64,000 nucleotides of DNA from Neodothiora populina (lineage: Eukaryota): assembly GCF_041146345.1 (NCBI RefSeq), contig NW_027191406.1, positions 1,426,001 to 1,490,000 of the forward strand. Reading direction: 5' to 3'. The position numbers and the translations under genes were made by a program. Positions 61,827 through 64,000 of the stretch are shown here, piece by piece (position 1 is the stretch's first letter; each line of letters starts with the position of its first letter). The notes under the pieces are model-generated. The model was not told the DNA's origin and made no database searches. It worked only from the letters and a program-made list of their open reading frames with translations.

Positions 61827-62965
61827 TTAAGAAGAAGCAGGCACACATTGCGAATAATAAGGGTTCTGCACCTTACACGAGAAGCCGTCCTCGCACGTCG
61901 TGGGCCCACTGTGGCCCATACCGCCGCACTTTCCGAATCGCTGCACAGTGCCCGAAGAGCCGCTGCTGCTGCCGCCCGTGCCAGAGGGGTAGTAAGGGCG
62001 AGTGGCGGTCAGGAAACCAGTGGGGCCGGCGGCGGACACGGCGAGGAAGCCGGGAGTTCCGGCTGTGCTTGTGGCGGTGGGGTAGAGGGGCGCGGCGGAG
62101 GAGACGGCTGTGTCGAGGGGTGCGGAGGGCGCGGTGCCCACGGGTGCGACGGCAGAGGAGGCCGCGGCGGCGGGGACGGTGGAGTTCGAGGCGGTGCCGT
62201 TACCAGGCCAGACGGCGGGGCCAGGCATGGTGTAGTTGGTTGGAATAGGGTAGTAGATGTTGATTTCGATGCCGGGCTCGTGGCCGGTGTAGACGCCTGG
62301 GATCTTGACTTCGTCCGAGGCCGGGGGTGCCGAGGTGCTGTCCGAGGTGATGTCGAGTTGGGCGCAGGAGATGTAGAATTGGGCTCCCTCGAAGGTCTGG
62401 GCGCCGTGCAGGGCGATGGCTTCGACGCGCATGAGGTATTGGCCTGTAGGGATCTCCTTGGACAGGGGGAAGGTGAAGTTTTGGATCTCGTTGGTGGCCC
62501 ATTGCAGACCGGACGAGTTGATAGTCTGGAGGCCTAGTTCGTAGATCTTGAACCCTGGAAAGACAAAGTCAGAATTGGAAAGACGGGTTTCGGAATCCAC
62601 AGATACTTACAGTCACCAGATCCGTCATAGGTGGCGGCAGTATCGCCTGCGTTGACCTTGGAAAGGTAAACCTGGACAGGACCAGGGTGACCGATGCCAG
62701 TGTCGAGACCGAATCCGACCTCAGAACCAGCGGCAACCTTGTAGGTTGAAGTCACGTTGCCGGTCAACAGGCCACCGGCGTTACATCTGAGATCGGTCGA
62801 GGCAAGGTCGGTCACGGGAGAGTTGGAGTTGTTGTTCTTGCGAACATACTCGTACTCGCCGGTGTAGTTGCCGTTGACGATGAGCTTGTTGAAGCAGAAA
62901 TGGGCCATGCTTGAGGGAATCATGCTGGCTGCTGCCAACATGAAAGCGGTAGACGAGGCACGCAT
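61827..62965 (-). CDS. AA9 lytic polysaccharide monooxygenase with C-terminal CBM1, 2 exons
   Basis: Signal peptide then His1 (SSMA|HFCF), DLRCN, GHPGP; intron 62610-62555 restores GDWFKI; IALH..GAQFYISCAQ; Ser/Thr/Pro linker; CBM1 CGGMGHSGPTTC..C..QNPYYSQC. Confidence 0.96.
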
Positions 62966-63768
62966 CTTGACTCTTTTTTTTTTTTTTGGTACAGCTGATG
63001 TGAAAAAAGTCGATATTATTCTCTTGGGGAATAGTGACGGGAAGAAGGAATGGAAGAGCAACGAAAGATAGTGAATGGAACGTCGAACCAGCGACTATAG
63101 AAAAGAGTGAATGCACAACGAAGAGAGCGTTGAGAGAAGATGCTGTACAGAAAGAAAAAGAGACAAAAGGAGGACGACTACTTGACCTATATATCTTGTC
63201 TAAGAAAACCCTTCTGGTCATGGTGGTCAAACATGACAGGCTCCATTGTCTCACGAAGGTCTTCGGTTAGCAATAAGCGATGGCAGATGGTGGATCCGAG
63301 ATGTTTCGAGATCATTGGGAGGGCTCGTCGGGACCATGGCAATCATGAGCACGCTTGTCTACACCAGGGCATGATAGACGCCGATTGCAACAAGCGAAAG
63401 TGTCAAGCAATACTATGCCGTGTCAAGGGAATGCCATGACCGAAGGACAGAAAGAGGTCCACGGAAAAAAGGGAGGTCGGATTTGGATGCTGAAACGTCT
63501 TGGCAGCGCTTCGCGGGCCGTGCTGCAATCTACTTGTCACACCTTCACGGCTGCTGCTCTTTGGGACATTGTATGCTGGAGGATTGACAGACATGTCTCG
63601 GTATATGAAAGCAAATGAATATTGTTTGAAAACATAGCTGTAGCTGTCGCCGGATATAGGTATGGACATGCAAAGAAAGGATCGTCGTCAGTGCAAACAT
63701 GCAGGAGATGATACACTGCGGTATAGTGTACAGTCTATGGTTCGATGGCATCAATGAGGGCAGTCGAA

Positions 63769-64000
63769 TCAGATCAACCGATTCCTGACCCGGCGCATAG
63801 CAGCACCGCCAATGCCGTTCTCTGGATTGACAGGAGGGCCATTGCCGTTCGTTGTGCCTGCCTCGCTTCCGGCGAAACTCGTAGCCCTGCTCATTGGTTC
63901 TCCTCCCGCGAGAGCAGCAGCCAGATTGTCGTTGACTATAGGCAGAGAAGGGGCACCGACGGCGGCGGTGGAGCTTGGCACGCCGCCGTTGGGCATGTGG
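63769..64000 (-). CDS. 3' end of an unidentified gene running off the window edge
   Basis: Open frame from the window end to TGA at 63769-71, low-complexity tail ending MRRVRNRLI. Confidence 0.55.
   Translation of the reverse strand, partial: HMPNGGVPSSTAAVGAPSLPIVNDNLAAALAGGEPMSRATSFAGSEAGTTNGNGPPVNPENGIGGAAMRRVRNRLI

Noticed and set aside
62973..62988. Poly-T run (also G-run near 27221 and short AGTCT-like repeats near 46170)
   Set aside because: Simple low-complexity tracts in UTRs with no evidence of element structure.
1..64000. tRNA, rRNA, snRNA, TPP riboswitch, transposase/RT ORFs, CRISPR arrays
   Set aside because: No diagnostic motifs found by eye; a tRNAscan/Infernal/RepeatMasker run is needed to exclude them formally.

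Overview
Gene-dense, intron-containing genomic DNA from a filamentous ascomycete (Pezizomycotina; Dothideomycete-like by inference). I can support about 25 protein-coding loci. Housekeeping genes: cytosolic IleRS, Uso1/p115, Rat1/Xrn2, INCENP, Mss116/CYT-19, Snu23, Top2 and reticulon. Metabolic, transport and regulatory genes: ferric reductase, type II NADH dehydrogenase, acyl-CoA dehydrogenase, a DCR2-like metallophosphoesterase, an OPT transporter, a GST, an AA9-CBM1 LPMO and an Xbp1-like APSES factor. There are also several orphans. I recognised no rRNA, tRNA, transposon or CRISPR. Points not explained by the ORF track: (1) a nested [D5,6] spliceosomal twin intron (stwintron) in the reticulon gene; (2) a hidden 3-exon twin-CX9C NDUFAF8-like gene at 389-829; (3) a Cys-rich orphan split over three frames by two +1 shifts, each able to occur at a C-ACC-CA context; (4) a +1 frameshift in the Top2 tail at an A6 run; (5) a cluster of hairpins upstream of RAT1; (6) MCB/forkhead, GATA and Yap1-type motifs in fitting promoters. 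All family assignments come from motif recognition, not database searches, and all splice models are predictions.
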